From Kiritimatiellia bacterium (GTDB taxonomy: Bacteria; Verrucomicrobiota; Kiritimatiellia; RFP12; UBA1067), in contig JAZSLQ010000253.1 of assembly GCA_045535455.1 (NCBI GenBank), forward strand, positions 906 to 64,905: a stretch of DNA of 64,000 bases. The letters are read 5' to 3'. Made by a program: the position numbers and the translations under genes. This document shows positions 35,277-45,441 of this stretch, one piece after another (the first letter of the stretch is position 1; every line of letters starts with the position of its first letter). A model generated the notes under the pieces. The model saw nothing but the letters and a program-made list of their open reading frames with translations. It was not told the origin of the DNA and did no database searches.

Positions 35277-36944
35277 ATGGACAGGTTGAAGGCAAGATTT
35301 TCACAATTGCATTTTGTTCAGGCGGTGCTTTGCGCATTGGCCTTTTCGTTCTTCTTTACACTCGCATTGCCGTTGCAAAGTTATATTAGCAATAGGTTGA
35401 TGTTTGAATATGACCTTGGAGATTTGCTCTCGGAAGTTATTTTGATATTTTTTGTTAGTTTTATTGTGCTAACAATGTTATTGCTTGTGGCGGAGTACAT
35501 TTTTGGAAGGTTCCCGATTTTGCTAATGTTAATTGCAGGAATTTGTGGATATCTTGAGGTTGGAATCTTATCTATATGGCTGCCGCAATTAAATGGAGAA
35601 CTGTGGCTGTTTGCGAGACCGTCAATTCGCCTTTATTTAGATGTGATTGTTTTTATATTGCTTTTGGTTTTGGGGATATGGTATCGGAAAAGATTGTATG
35701 GATGGATGACATGGGGAGCCATAGGTTTCATTATTATGAGTATAGCGTTCATTATGGATACGAGTAGCGCAAGGTGTCAGAAAGTGATAAGGACAGCATT
35801 TGATGACGGATTTTGTCCTGCGTATGACATGGTGCGAAGTGTAGTATTCTCAACAAACCGCAATGTTATAGTGATAAGCATTGATTCTGCCCCAGCAGAT
35901 CTTACAGCGGAAATCATAGAGGAAGATAAAAACCTTAAAAGTCAGTTCCCTGGTTTTATAGAGTTTAAAAACAACATAGGTATGCATGATTGTACAACGC
36001 GAGGGACGCCAGCATTTGTAACTGGTAATTATCTTGAAAAAGAGACTTCGCTTCAAGAGAACGAAGCCTCATTCTGGGGCGATAACTCAGTTGTAAAGAG
36101 TTATCTTGATGCCGGGTACAATATGTTTGTTCGAATGGGTGCGGGGAAGAGCTACACAAACAGGAGAACTTTTGTATATTCTACCCCTAGCCACGATGAA
36201 TCTAAATGGCATCTGCTTCGGTATACAAAAGACACCCCATACATAACCCTTCTGGATGTACTTTGTTTTAGAATTGTTCCTTATCGTCGTAAGTTATGTG
36301 TTATAAACAAGGCAATTTGGCGAGGTGAAGCGATTAAGGGTAATGGTTTAAATATGGTTTATCGGGAGTGGCAGGTATATCCGATTTTGAAGAGTGCAGA
36401 AATTCTTAAAGAGCCAAAGGGAAAATGTTTTTGTTTGTTGCACACGGAGGGGGTTCATGTGCCAATCATAAAAGGTCGTCATGGTGAGGATTTTGTAGGG
36501 GATTCAAATTCTCGTGAGGCAATCAAAGCGGCATTACATTACATTCTTGATCAGTTTGCGGACCTGATGCGCACTTTTAGAGAAAGAGGAATATATGATA
36601 ATTCAATGATTGTATTTTCAACGGATCATGGTATTGTAAGAACGCCCAAATCTGCACTGCTGTGGGTTAAGCCATTTAATGACCGGGGCGAATTTTATTC
36701 CAGTGGCATTCCTACGAGTCACAGCAAGATATCTAATCTTTTGAAGAAATCTGTATCGGGTGATTTGTCGCGGGAGCAGATTATAGATGCCCTATCGCAA
36801 AAGGAAAGGAAACTTCGTATCAAGCAGCCATCGCCGGAGAAATGGTGGTATTTTGGACGAGTGATTGATACATACGATATTATATATGACGAGTTTGGAA
36901 ATGAAACCAAGAGGGAGAATCTTGGTGAGTTTAAGATAAACTAA
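35277..36944 (+). CDS. LtaS/EptA-like membrane sulfatase-family transferase
   Basis: 555 aa with about 5 N-terminal TM helices, then an alkaline-phosphatase-superfamily region (VIVISIDSAPAD, HTEGVHVPI, VFSTDHG). Low GC. Confidence 0.65.
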   Translation: MDRLKARFSQLHFVQAVLCALAFSFFFTLALPLQSYISNRLMFEYDLGDLLSEVILIFFVSFIVLTMLLLVAEYIFGRFPILLMLIAGICGYLEVGILSIWLPQLNGELWLFARPSIRLYLDVIVFILLLVLGIWYRKRLYGWMTWGAIGFIIMSIAFIMDTSSARCQKVIRTAFDDGFCPAYDMVRSVVFSTNRNVIVISIDSAPADLTAEIIEEDKNLKSQFPGFIEFKNNIGMHDCTTRGTPAFVTGNYLEKETSLQENEASFWGDNSVVKSYLDAGYNMFVRMGAGKSYTNRRTFVYSTPSHDESKWHLLRYTKDTPYITLLDVLCFRIVPYRRKLCVINKAIWRGEAIKGNGLNMVYREWQVYPILKSAEILKEPKGKCFCLLHTEGVHVPIIKGRHGEDFVGDSNSREAIKAALHYILDQFADLMRTFRERGIYDNSMIVFSTDHGIVRTPKSALLWVKPFNDRGEFYSSGIPTSHSKISNLLKKSVSGDLSREQIIDALSQKERKLRIKQPSPEKWWYFGRVIDTYDIIYDEFGNETKRENLGEFKIN

Positions 36945-37012
36945 ATAGTTTGCTTTGCAGACAGAAGTGCTTGCTTGTAGACATTTATTGATGCAATATA
37001 TGTAGGGTAGAA

Positions 37013-37138
37013 ATGTCACCCAGCCGTCGAATATTCTTGAACATTGTTGCTACGTACGGGCGGAGTTTGTATGCGCTTGTGTGTGGGCTGTTCATTGGTC
37101 GGTGGGTGTTGGTAGCGTTAGGCGACGTAGCAGGTTGA
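37013..37138 (+). pseudogene. N-terminal remnant of a second Wzx-type flippase gene
   Basis: MSPSRRILLNIVATYGRSLYALVCGLFIGRWVLVALGDVAG* aligns by eye with the N-terminus of the intact flippase at 39795 (TRIILNAVATYGRSVIAVILGLFSVRWIFMGIG). Only 41 codons, with higher GC than the surroundings. Confidence 0.6.
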
Positions 37139-37181
37139 AACTCATGATGGTCATCAACTCATAAGGTGAGGAAAATTTATA

Positions 37182-38039
37182 ATGCTTGGGAGAATTCGAT
37201 CAAAATTGGTTAGCGCATTTCGCAGGTTTTCATTAATGTTTAAAGTGCGCGTTCCTGTTTATGTGCCCGTATTGAAGAATGATCTTCTATCTGGCCGAAA
37301 AGCACTTATCACAGGAGGTACAGGGGGAATTGGCTATGCAATAGCAAAGGCCTTTCTTGAATGTGGCGCGATAGTTTGCATAACAGGACGAAGTGAGGAG
37401 CGGGTTAATTGTGCGATAAGGCTTTTGCAAGAGGATTTTACTATAGTTGGTGATGTGAAACGAAGGATCTATGGTATAGCGATGGACAATCTTGATGTCA
37501 TGGCATTCCCTGAAAAAGTTAAGACAGTTTGTGAGATGATGCAAGGGTTAGATATTTTAGTCAATAATGCAGGTGTGGTAGGAAGCGATGGCTCGGAGTC
37601 TAGTTATGACTTGGTTTTAGCAACCAATACGAAAGCGCCATATTTTTTATCAAATATAATAGCTAAGGACTGGATTTCAAAAGGAATTAAGGGGAATATA
37701 TTAAATGTTTGTTCGTCATCTAGCCTTAGGCCAGGGCAGAATCCATACATTATATCCAAATGGGGACTTCGTTCTATAACACTTGGCTTGGCTAGGTCAT
37801 TTGCAGCAAAAGGTATTGTTGTCAACGGGATTGCACCGGGACCGACAGATACTGAATCCATGAGAAAACTTTCTGGCATAGGCATAGATTGGACCAAGAA
37901 TCCGACAGGGCGCTTAGTGACAAAGCAAGAAATTGCAAATTTGGCGGTTGTTCTTGTCAGCGACTTGAGCCGAATGGTTATAGGTGATATTCTATATGTA
38001 TCTGGAGGTGCAGGAGTTGTCACCTTTGATGATGTTTAA
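37182..38039 (+). CDS. Short-chain dehydrogenase/reductase (SDR)
   Basis: 285 aa. TGGTGGIGYAIA cofactor motif and YIISK (YxxxK) catalytic motif. Confidence 0.85.
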   Translation: MLGRIRSKLVSAFRRFSLMFKVRVPVYVPVLKNDLLSGRKALITGGTGGIGYAIAKAFLECGAIVCITGRSEERVNCAIRLLQEDFTIVGDVKRRIYGIAMDNLDVMAFPEKVKTVCEMMQGLDILVNNAGVVGSDGSESSYDLVLATNTKAPYFLSNIIAKDWISKGIKGNILNVCSSSSLRPGQNPYIISKWGLRSITLGLARSFAAKGIVVNGIAPGPTDTESMRKLSGIGIDWTKNPTGRLVTKQEIANLAVVLVSDLSRMVIGDILYVSGGAGVVTFDDV

Positions 38040-38052
38040 GGAGATCCCCATC

Positions 38053-39798
38053 ATGCCCCACTATTCAGATGAAAAGAATGTACAGATTACGCTTTCACTT
38101 CTAAAAGCACATGGAATAAAGCGTATTATCGCAAATCCAGGATCGTCTAATTTTTCATTTGTAGGTAGCGTTCAGTCAGACCCCTACTTTTCGGTCTATT
38201 CTGGAGTGGATGAACGACACTCGGCGTATATGGCATGTGGAATGGCTGCGGAAAGCGGTGAGCCTGTTGTCCTTAACTGTACTGGTGCAACTTCAAGCCG
38301 TGATTATATGCCGGCGCTGACAGAGGCTTATTATCGAAAATTGCCGATTCTTGTCATCACGTCTTCACAAGTGAATTCCCATTTGGGACAACTTTGGGCA
38401 CAAATGACTGATCGCCTGCACCCCCCTTCGGATGTCGTCAAGTTGACTGTTGACTGCCCTGTGGTCAGAACTATTCAAGATGAACAAGATTGTGCACGCT
38501 TTATCAATCAGGCGATTTTGGAATTAAAACATCGTGGTGGTGGCCCTGCGCACATCAACCTTCAGATAAGCCACTGCACGAGTTTTTCAACGACCGATTT
38601 GCCCAAAGTTCGGAAGATAGATCGTGTGACGGTCTGTCAGGCTGACTGGCCTAATTTACCAAGGAACGCAAAGATACTGATATGGATTGGCACCCACAAG
38701 TGTTTTTCGCATGATGAAACCGCCGCAATGGCTGATTTTGTTACTAATCACAATGCTGTGGTTCTGTGTGATCATACGAGTTCGTATACGGGAAAGGGAG
38801 CGGTTACGTCGGCGATTGTTTGTTCGCAAGGAGTTCGCAATGTTCCTAAGTTCCATAAATTGACGCCTGATTTGATTATACATATTGGAGAAGTATCAGG
38901 AGACGCTCCAACCAATGGATATCTTGCAAGGCTTGCTCCCGTTTGGAGAATTAGTGAAGATGGGGAGATACGAGATCGTTTAGGTAAACTTGAATTTGTT
39001 TTTGAGATGCCAGAGAAGTTCTTTTTTGAAAAATATAAAGAGCAAGAACCTTGTGAAGGTTCATATTTCCAATCTTGGCGGGATGCGGTTGAATCATTAA
39101 GGAATTCAGTTCCAGAATTACCTTTCTCAAATCCATGGATGGCGCAGCGCTTGTGCGGTTCTCTGCCAAGAAACAGCACAATTCATTTCTCAATTCTTAA
39201 TAGCTTGAGAAGTTGGAATTACTTTGATAAAGATTTTTCTATTTCATCAATGTGCAATGTCGGTGGATTTGGAATTGACGGATGTACTTCCGCATTGGTT
39301 GGCGCATCACTCATTAATTCGAGGCGAATATACTTTTTAGTTACTGGCGATTTAGCATTTTTCTATGATTTGAATGCTCTTGGGAATCATCATATAGGAA
39401 AGAATGTCAGAATCTTGCTGATAAACAATGGTGCAGGAGGAGAGTTTCATATGTATAATAATGCTACTTCTCAGTTTGGTGAACATACAAGTGACTATAT
39501 CTCGGCCGGTGGGCACTTCGGTAATAAGTCGCGGACTTTTGTAAAACACATAGCAGAAGATCTTGGGTTTAAGTATATGACTGCATCCACAAAGAAAGAG
39601 TTCGATGAGTCCATGGAAGAGTTTCTTTCTTTAGATCTGGATAAATCGATAATATTAGAATGTTTTACAAAATTGGAAGACGAGTCTAAGGCATTGTTGG
39701 TTCTGAATACGTTAGATGAGGATGCCCAGCGCAAGGCGAAATTGTCACGGTATGTACCTACTCCTATCAAGAGTGTTGTTAAAAAGATATTGGGATGA
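38053..39798 (+). CDS. Thiamine-diphosphate-dependent enzyme (acetolactate synthase/MenD-like fold)
   Basis: Start moved to MPHYSDEKNV (ATG 38053, SD AAGGAG). N-terminal ThDP-pyrimidine domain pattern IIANPGSSNFSF and C-terminal GDLAFFYDLNAL...LLINNGAGGEF. Confidence 0.75.
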   Translation: MPHYSDEKNVQITLSLLKAHGIKRIIANPGSSNFSFVGSVQSDPYFSVYSGVDERHSAYMACGMAAESGEPVVLNCTGATSSRDYMPALTEAYYRKLPILVITSSQVNSHLGQLWAQMTDRLHPPSDVVKLTVDCPVVRTIQDEQDCARFINQAILELKHRGGGPAHINLQISHCTSFSTTDLPKVRKIDRVTVCQADWPNLPRNAKILIWIGTHKCFSHDETAAMADFVTNHNAVVLCDHTSSYTGKGAVTSAIVCSQGVRNVPKFHKLTPDLIIHIGEVSGDAPTNGYLARLAPVWRISEDGEIRDRLGKLEFVFEMPEKFFFEKYKEQEPCEGSYFQSWRDAVESLRNSVPELPFSNPWMAQRLCGSLPRNSTIHFSILNSLRSWNYFDKDFSISSMCNVGGFGIDGCTSALVGASLINSRRIYFLVTGDLAFFYDLNALGNHHIGKNVRILLINNGAGGEFHMYNNATSQFGEHTSDYISAGGHFGNKSRTFVKHIAEDLGFKYMTASTKKEFDESMEEFLSLDLDKSIILECFTKLEDESKALLVLNTLDEDAQRKAKLSRYVPTPIKSVVKKILG

Positions 39799-41378
39799 CG
39801 GATAAAACAAGGATAATTCTAAATGCCGTTGCGACATATGGCCGCTCTGTTATTGCGGTCATATTGGGCCTATTTAGTGTTCGGTGGATATTTATGGGAA
39901 TAGGTCAGGTTGATTGGGGGTTATATGGAGTTGTTGGAAGTTTGATTGTATTTATCACGTTTCTCAATACAACAATGGCAGGAGCCGTTTCTAGATTCTA
40001 TGCCTATTCTATTGGTTATGGAAAAACTGTCGCAAAGGAAATTGGGGATGCGGACATTTGCAGGTGGTTTAACACGGCTGTGACGATTCATTCAGCCCTT
40101 CCTATAATGCTTGTGTTGGTTGGATATCCTATCGGTGTTTATGCTATTAATAATTGGTTGGTAATCCCTGCCGAACGAACAATTGCGTGTCTTTGGGTTT
40201 TTAGGCTATCATTAATCTCGGCATTTGTAAGCATGATTTCTGTTCCATATATTGCAATGTTTCAGGCACACCAATTGATTTGGGAAGTGTCCATAATAGG
40301 AATCGTTCAAAGCTTCGTTTCGTTTGCATTTGCATATTCAATCTCTTTCGTTCCCAATGATAAGTTGATTTACTACGCTGGCTACATGTCGACAGTGACT
40401 ATCTTCTTTTCGGTTGCTCAGATTGTATGGGCATATGTGCGGTTTGATATGTGCCGAATAAGAAAAACATATTTATTTGATAAGAGTCGGCTAAGATCTT
40501 TTTTTACCTTTGCAGGGGCAAAGGTGTTTGGTGCGATATGCGTCATAGCTCGAACACAAGGTGGGGCACTATTGTTGAATATATTCTTTGGACCTCAGAT
40601 AAATGCGGCATATTCACTTTCAACGCAAGTCTCGGGGCATACGGCGGCACTATCTCAAGCATTGGTGGGCGCGTTGCAACCTGCAGTTGCTACGCGTGAG
40701 GGGGCTCAAAATCGAACAGGCATGATGCGACTTGCCGAATCCGCCTGTAGGATTTGTGTCGTTCTGGTCTTAGTTTTTGCGGTGCCGCTGATGGTTGAGA
40801 TTGATTGGGTTTTGAAGACTTGGTTGAATGATCCCCCCCAGTACGCTGCGGTTTTCTGTTCAAGCATGTTGATCATGCTTTTGTTTGACAAGTTGTCTGT
40901 TGGCTATATGCTTGCGGCGAATGCGTATGGAAAGAGAATAGTAGTTTATGAAATAACAAACGGTATCATTTTGGTAAGCGCAATCCCAATCTCATATTTC
41001 CTATTCAAGTATGGATTGCCGCCATATTGGTTGCCGTTAATCTTATGTGCGACCATGTTGCTATATGCTGTAGCAAGGGTTAACTTTTGTAGATGGCAGC
41101 TGAATGTGTCAGTTCGAAAGTGGTTGGAGTCAGTTGTTATTCCTGTTTGCATTCTGTCTTTCCTTGCAATTGTTCTTGGAATTTTTGTTTCAAGACAGGT
41201 GTCCCCGTCGTTTCTGCGAGTTTGCCTTGTTAGTCTTCTGACCGGTTTATTGATAATTGTGGGTGGAGTGTGGGGCGTTTTTAAGAGCGATGAGCGTGCG
41301 GCATTATTCGGTATTTTGAGGAGGCTTCCTTGCAGATTTTACCGAAATGGAGCAGCAAGGAATGGGCATGTCGAATGA
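39795..41378 (+). CDS. wzx: Wzx-type polysaccharide/oligosaccharide flippase
   Basis: 527 aa, polytopic membrane protein (12+ hydrophobic segments). ATGA overlap with the upstream gene, in a polysaccharide locus. Confidence 0.7.
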   Translation: MTDKTRIILNAVATYGRSVIAVILGLFSVRWIFMGIGQVDWGLYGVVGSLIVFITFLNTTMAGAVSRFYAYSIGYGKTVAKEIGDADICRWFNTAVTIHSALPIMLVLVGYPIGVYAINNWLVIPAERTIACLWVFRLSLISAFVSMISVPYIAMFQAHQLIWEVSIIGIVQSFVSFAFAYSISFVPNDKLIYYAGYMSTVTIFFSVAQIVWAYVRFDMCRIRKTYLFDKSRLRSFFTFAGAKVFGAICVIARTQGGALLLNIFFGPQINAAYSLSTQVSGHTAALSQALVGALQPAVATREGAQNRTGMMRLAESACRICVVLVLVFAVPLMVEIDWVLKTWLNDPPQYAAVFCSSMLIMLLFDKLSVGYMLAANAYGKRIVVYEITNGIILVSAIPISYFLFKYGLPPYWLPLILCATMLLYAVARVNFCRWQLNVSVRKWLESVVIPVCILSFLAIVLGIFVSRQVSPSFLRVCLVSLLTGLLIIVGGVWGVFKSDERAALFGILRRLPCRFYRNGAARNGHVE

Positions 41379-41393
41379 ATAATTCATATCTGT

Positions 41394-42500
41394 ATGAAAA
41401 AGATTGCAATATTAACAACTCATCGTGCCAATAACTTCGGGGCGATGTTGCAGGCATATTCTCTTGTTATGGCTTGCCGTGAATTAGGAGCCGATGCTGA
41501 AATTCTTGATTGGCGTTGTCCTTTTTTCGAGTGGTTGTATCATCGCGCGTGGCGGATTTATAGGAATCCTATCCCCGCAGTTAAGCATCTTCTTTGGTAT
41601 ATGGGAGCAGAACGTGAGTCAAGGAAACTTTTTAACTGTTTTCGCACGCGTTTCCCAATTAGTAGACCGATTTTTAGACATGAAGAACTCCTCGGAGTAA
41701 ATGGTGAATATGACGTGTTTATTGCAGGTAGTGATCAGATTTGGAATCCGCTGAACTCTGCAATCAACCCTAAAGATTGTGATCGTACATATCTTCTAGA
41801 TTTTGTGAAATCGCGGAAAAAGTATGCATATGCAGCGAGCATTGGGAAAAGAGAACTTTCACCGCCGGAATTGGAGGCAGAGTTTGTAGAGCTATGGAAA
41901 TCCTTTGATCGGATAACAATGCGTGAGATTGCAGGTTCTGATTATATAGGAAGGTGCCTTAATAGAAAAATTGAGACTGTTGTTGACCCAGTTCTTTTAC
42001 ATAATTATGAATATTGGCGAAAAGTTGCTGTGCGAAAAGACACCAATGGAGAATATGTTCTGATGTATAATATCAGGCGGTCTTCGTTGCTTCAGATGCT
42101 TGCGCATAGAGTTGCTAAAGAACGAGGCTTGCGAGTGATTGATTTACTTGTTCCCGGACAAGGGGAGGACAGTGGGGGTGGAAAGAGCAAGTTTGCTGCG
42201 GGGCCAAGTGAATTTCTATATTTAATAGATGGTGCGGAATGTGTATTTACCGGATCGTTCCATGCTTCAGCATTTTCTCTGATATTCGGTAAAAAACTAT
42301 ATGTTCAATTTCCATTGAGTCACGACAACACGAACTCCCGTATGGAGACCTTGTTCTCGTGGGCGATGTTGACTGGCAAAAATGTCGTAGAGGATGATCG
42401 CAGCCGTGTAATATTCTATGACTGTGCTGAAAAGAATAATAAAGTGCTCGACAATGAAATTTCCAGGTCGCGGAGAGTGTTGTCTGAAATGGTTTGTTGA
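41394..42500 (+). CDS. Polysaccharide pyruvyl transferase family protein
   Basis: 368 aa. The N-terminus MKKIAILTTHRANNFGAMLQAYSL and internal VFIAGSDQIWNP are typical of PS_pyruv_trans. Confidence 0.75.
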   Translation: MKKIAILTTHRANNFGAMLQAYSLVMACRELGADAEILDWRCPFFEWLYHRAWRIYRNPIPAVKHLLWYMGAERESRKLFNCFRTRFPISRPIFRHEELLGVNGEYDVFIAGSDQIWNPLNSAINPKDCDRTYLLDFVKSRKKYAYAASIGKRELSPPELEAEFVELWKSFDRITMREIAGSDYIGRCLNRKIETVVDPVLLHNYEYWRKVAVRKDTNGEYVLMYNIRRSSLLQMLAHRVAKERGLRVIDLLVPGQGEDSGGGKSKFAAGPSEFLYLIDGAECVFTGSFHASAFSLIFGKKLYVQFPLSHDNTNSRMETLFSWAMLTGKNVVEDDRSRVIFYDCAEKNNKVLDNEISRSRRVLSEMVC

Positions 42501-42588
42501 TATGTCCGATGTAAGGGGCACAGATCATGATGTGAGAGCCAGTCAATTGGGTTTGCAAATACGATTCTAAATAGGCAAGAGGTCTAAG

Positions 42589-43716
42589 ATGAAAAAAAAG
42601 ATTGCAGTGATTTTTGGTACACGTCCAGAAGCAATTAAGCTTTGCCCGGTTGTGTTGGCATTAAAGGCCGCCCCGACCTTTGATTGCAAGGTCTGCGTGA
42701 CAGGCCAGCATCGGGAGATGCTGCAGCAAGTACTGGATGTTTTTGGAGTCGCGCCAGATAAGGATTTGGCGCTAATGCGCCCAAATCAGACGCTCGGAGG
42801 ATTGACGAGCCGCGCAATTGCCGCGATAGATGAGTATCTTGCCGAAGAGAAGCCGGACATCGTGATGGTGCAGGGAGATACAACGACTGTCCTTGCCGGT
42901 GCGTTGGCGGCGTTCTATCACCACGTTCCCGTTGCGCATGTCGAAGCAGGACTTCGCACTTGGAATATGGAAAGCCCATGGCCGGAGGAGGCAAACCGCG
43001 TGCTGACGACACGCCTGGCCAAATGGCACTTCTGCCCTACGGAAAACAACAAGGCGAATTTGCTGAAAGAGGGTGTGCCCGAGAAAGATATTTATGTGAC
43101 GGGCAACACGGTAATAGACGCACTTTTGATGGCGAAAGAGAAAGTGAATGTTACCCCGCCTGCAATTGGTGACTTGCCAAATGACTTGATGGCATCTGGC
43201 GAGCGCATGGTGCTTGTCACTGGTCATAGACGCGAGAACTTTGGCGAGGGGTTCGAGAACATCTGCACGGCAATCAGGAATCTTGCCGAACGGTTCCCTG
43301 AGACACACTTTGTCTATCCAGTTCACCTTAACCCGAATGTGCGTGAACCAGTTGAACGTATCCTTGGTGCGTGTCGCGGCAAAAATGTCCATCTGATCGC
43401 TCCGCAAAGTTATCTTCCATTTGTTGCGTTGATGAATAGATCCTATCTTATTCTTACCGATTCGGGTGGAGTTCAGGAAGAAGCCCCCTCCCTTGGCAAA
43501 CCGGTGCTTGTTATGCGTGACACGACAGAGCGACCGGAAGCAGTGACGGCAGGAACCGTAAAGATAATTGGAACCATGCGGGAGACAATTGAGAAAGAGA
43601 CTGCAAAGTTGCTTGGTAATGTGAAGGAATACAAAAAAATGGCTGCTGCTGTCAATCCCTATGGTGACGGTCGTGCGGTCGGCTGTATAGTTCGGACTCT
43701 GGAGGCGACACGATGA
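42589..43716 (+). CDS. wecB: UDP-N-acetylglucosamine 2-epimerase (non-hydrolysing)
   Basis: 375 aa. FGTRPEAIKLCPV, VAHVEAGLRTWN, TDSGGVQEEAPSLGKPVLVMRDTTERPE. Confidence 0.92.
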   Translation: MKKKIAVIFGTRPEAIKLCPVVLALKAAPTFDCKVCVTGQHREMLQQVLDVFGVAPDKDLALMRPNQTLGGLTSRAIAAIDEYLAEEKPDIVMVQGDTTTVLAGALAAFYHHVPVAHVEAGLRTWNMESPWPEEANRVLTTRLAKWHFCPTENNKANLLKEGVPEKDIYVTGNTVIDALLMAKEKVNVTPPAIGDLPNDLMASGERMVLVTGHRRENFGEGFENICTAIRNLAERFPETHFVYPVHLNPNVREPVERILGACRGKNVHLIAPQSYLPFVALMNRSYLILTDSGGVQEEAPSLGKPVLVMRDTTERPEAVTAGTVKIIGTMRETIEKETAKLLGNVKEYKKMAAAVNPYGDGRAVGCIVRTLEATR

Positions 43717-44819
43717 AGGTTTTGTTTCTCATAACAGAGAATTTCCGCGATAGTCAGACGGGAGCAGGAACGCAGGTCCGTGAGACGGTCAATGCATTGA
43801 AAGTTATTGGTGTTGACGTTGCGCGTATTTATGTATCCTTTAGGCCGACTCGATTTATTGCCGAGGATGGAAGTGAATTGAGCCATGCTCATGTTGCTAT
43901 GATTAGCAAGGAGTACGATGTTGTTCACTTGATACATTGTTCACGATGGCTCGCCGAAGTCTGGCGCGCATTTCCGAAGATGCCGACCGTGGGATCAACA
44001 ATATACTGGGGAGGATGGGAGCGTGTCCAACTGGCTTTCAAGACGCATCCTTTTAGTTGGGAAGGTGCAAAAGCGGCATTAAATTATATCCGGGCGATGA
44101 TGTCATGCTATTTGGATCTACGCGGTGTTGATGTCTTATTACCTAACTCCCATGCGGAGGCTTCGAATTTGCGGAAATATGCAAGATTATCAAAGGGAGC
44201 GGTAGTGTTCCCCGTCAACAATGGATTCTTGCCGCCGTCATTCTCTTTGTCTGGGCTTGCACGATATGATTTGCTCCCTAATGGTGAATATATCGTGGTT
44301 CCTGGGATTTTTGTTAGTCGCAAAAACCAGTTGGGACTAATAAAGGCACTTAGGAATTCTCCGTATGAAATTGTTTTTGTGGGTGGTTATAACAAAGAAG
44401 ATTGGTATTTTCATGAATGTAAGAAATACGCAACTGATAAAATGCGGTTTGTTGGGTATGTGCAGCATGATTCGCAGGAATACTGGTCAATATTATATCA
44501 TGCAAGGTGTGCTGTTCTGGCCTCTGACTGCGAGACGCCTGGTATTGCGATGATTGAGGCAGCGTATGCTGGAGCTAGGCCGATTATAACAAAGTTTGGT
44601 GGAACGGTAGAGTACTACGGATTTGATGCTGAATATTTTGACCCACGGAGTAAGAAAGAGATATACGAAGCGGTCGAACGTGGGTGGAAGCGAGGCCGAC
44701 TACAGGCGGAACAGGCGGTATCATATTCAAGGTTTACATGGCAGTATTGTGCATCTCTAACTAGACAGGCATACGAGACGGCTTTGGGAATCACAAAAAG
44801 GCGGAGCAATGAAATATAA
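43713..44819 (+). CDS. Glycosyltransferase (GT4-like)
   Basis: 368 aa. C-terminal GT-B pattern ASDCETPGIAMIEAAYAGARPI. ATGA overlap. Confidence 0.7.
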   Translation: MKVLFLITENFRDSQTGAGTQVRETVNALKVIGVDVARIYVSFRPTRFIAEDGSELSHAHVAMISKEYDVVHLIHCSRWLAEVWRAFPKMPTVGSTIYWGGWERVQLAFKTHPFSWEGAKAALNYIRAMMSCYLDLRGVDVLLPNSHAEASNLRKYARLSKGAVVFPVNNGFLPPSFSLSGLARYDLLPNGEYIVVPGIFVSRKNQLGLIKALRNSPYEIVFVGGYNKEDWYFHECKKYATDKMRFVGYVQHDSQEYWSILYHARCAVLASDCETPGIAMIEAAYAGARPIITKFGGTVEYYGFDAEYFDPRSKKEIYEAVERGWKRGRLQAEQAVSYSRFTWQYCASLTRQAYETALGITKRRSNEI

Positions 44820-45441
44820 TTTCCCGGCGATATTTCCTGCTGTAATGGATAGGATATTATGCAAGGTCGTGTGCTGGTGGTTTAGATTGCGTTCGCCGAT
44901 TCTTTGCTGGCTGTGGGGAGTTGAAGTCGGGAGGAGCGTATCATTCCTTGGAAAGACAATTATTAGAACGCATGGAGGCGGAATTAAGATCGGGAATTAT
45001 GTTGTCTTTAATTCTGTCCCGCGAGCCAATCTGGTGGGCATGACTAACCCGACAATACTTGAAAATAGAGGAGGCGGAAAGATAAGGATAGGTAATAATT
45101 GTGGCTTTTCTTCGGTGATTATTCATTCTCGAAGTTCTGTAACAATTGGCAACAATGTGCTTTGCGGTGGAAATGTTCGAATTTACGACCATGACTTCCA
45201 TTCGCTTGAGGCGGATTATAGAAGGGGCGAAGAAGACGGGAAGCATATTCGCACAAAGGGGGTCTCAATAGATGACGATGTTTTTATCGGAACAAATGTG
45301 ACAATATTAAAGGGTTCTCATGTTGGAGCGCGCTCAATTATAGCTGCAGGCAGCGTTGTTTTTGGTATTGATATCCCACCAGACTCGATGGTGAAGGGGA
45401 ATCCTGCTCAAATTATCACAAGGAAGTCAAATAATGATTAA
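44809..45441 (+). CDS. Hexapeptide-repeat O-acetyltransferase
   Basis: 210 aa with left-handed beta-helix repeats (IGNNCGF..., IGNNVLCGGNVRIYD, IGTNVTILKGSHVGARSIIAAGSVV). Confidence 0.8.
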   Translation: MKYNFPAIFPAVMDRILCKVVCWWFRLRSPILCWLWGVEVGRSVSFLGKTIIRTHGGGIKIGNYVVFNSVPRANLVGMTNPTILENRGGGKIRIGNNCGFSSVIIHSRSSVTIGNNVLCGGNVRIYDHDFHSLEADYRRGEEDGKHIRTKGVSIDDDVFIGTNVTILKGSHVGARSIIAAGSVVFGIDIPPDSMVKGNPAQIITRKSNND

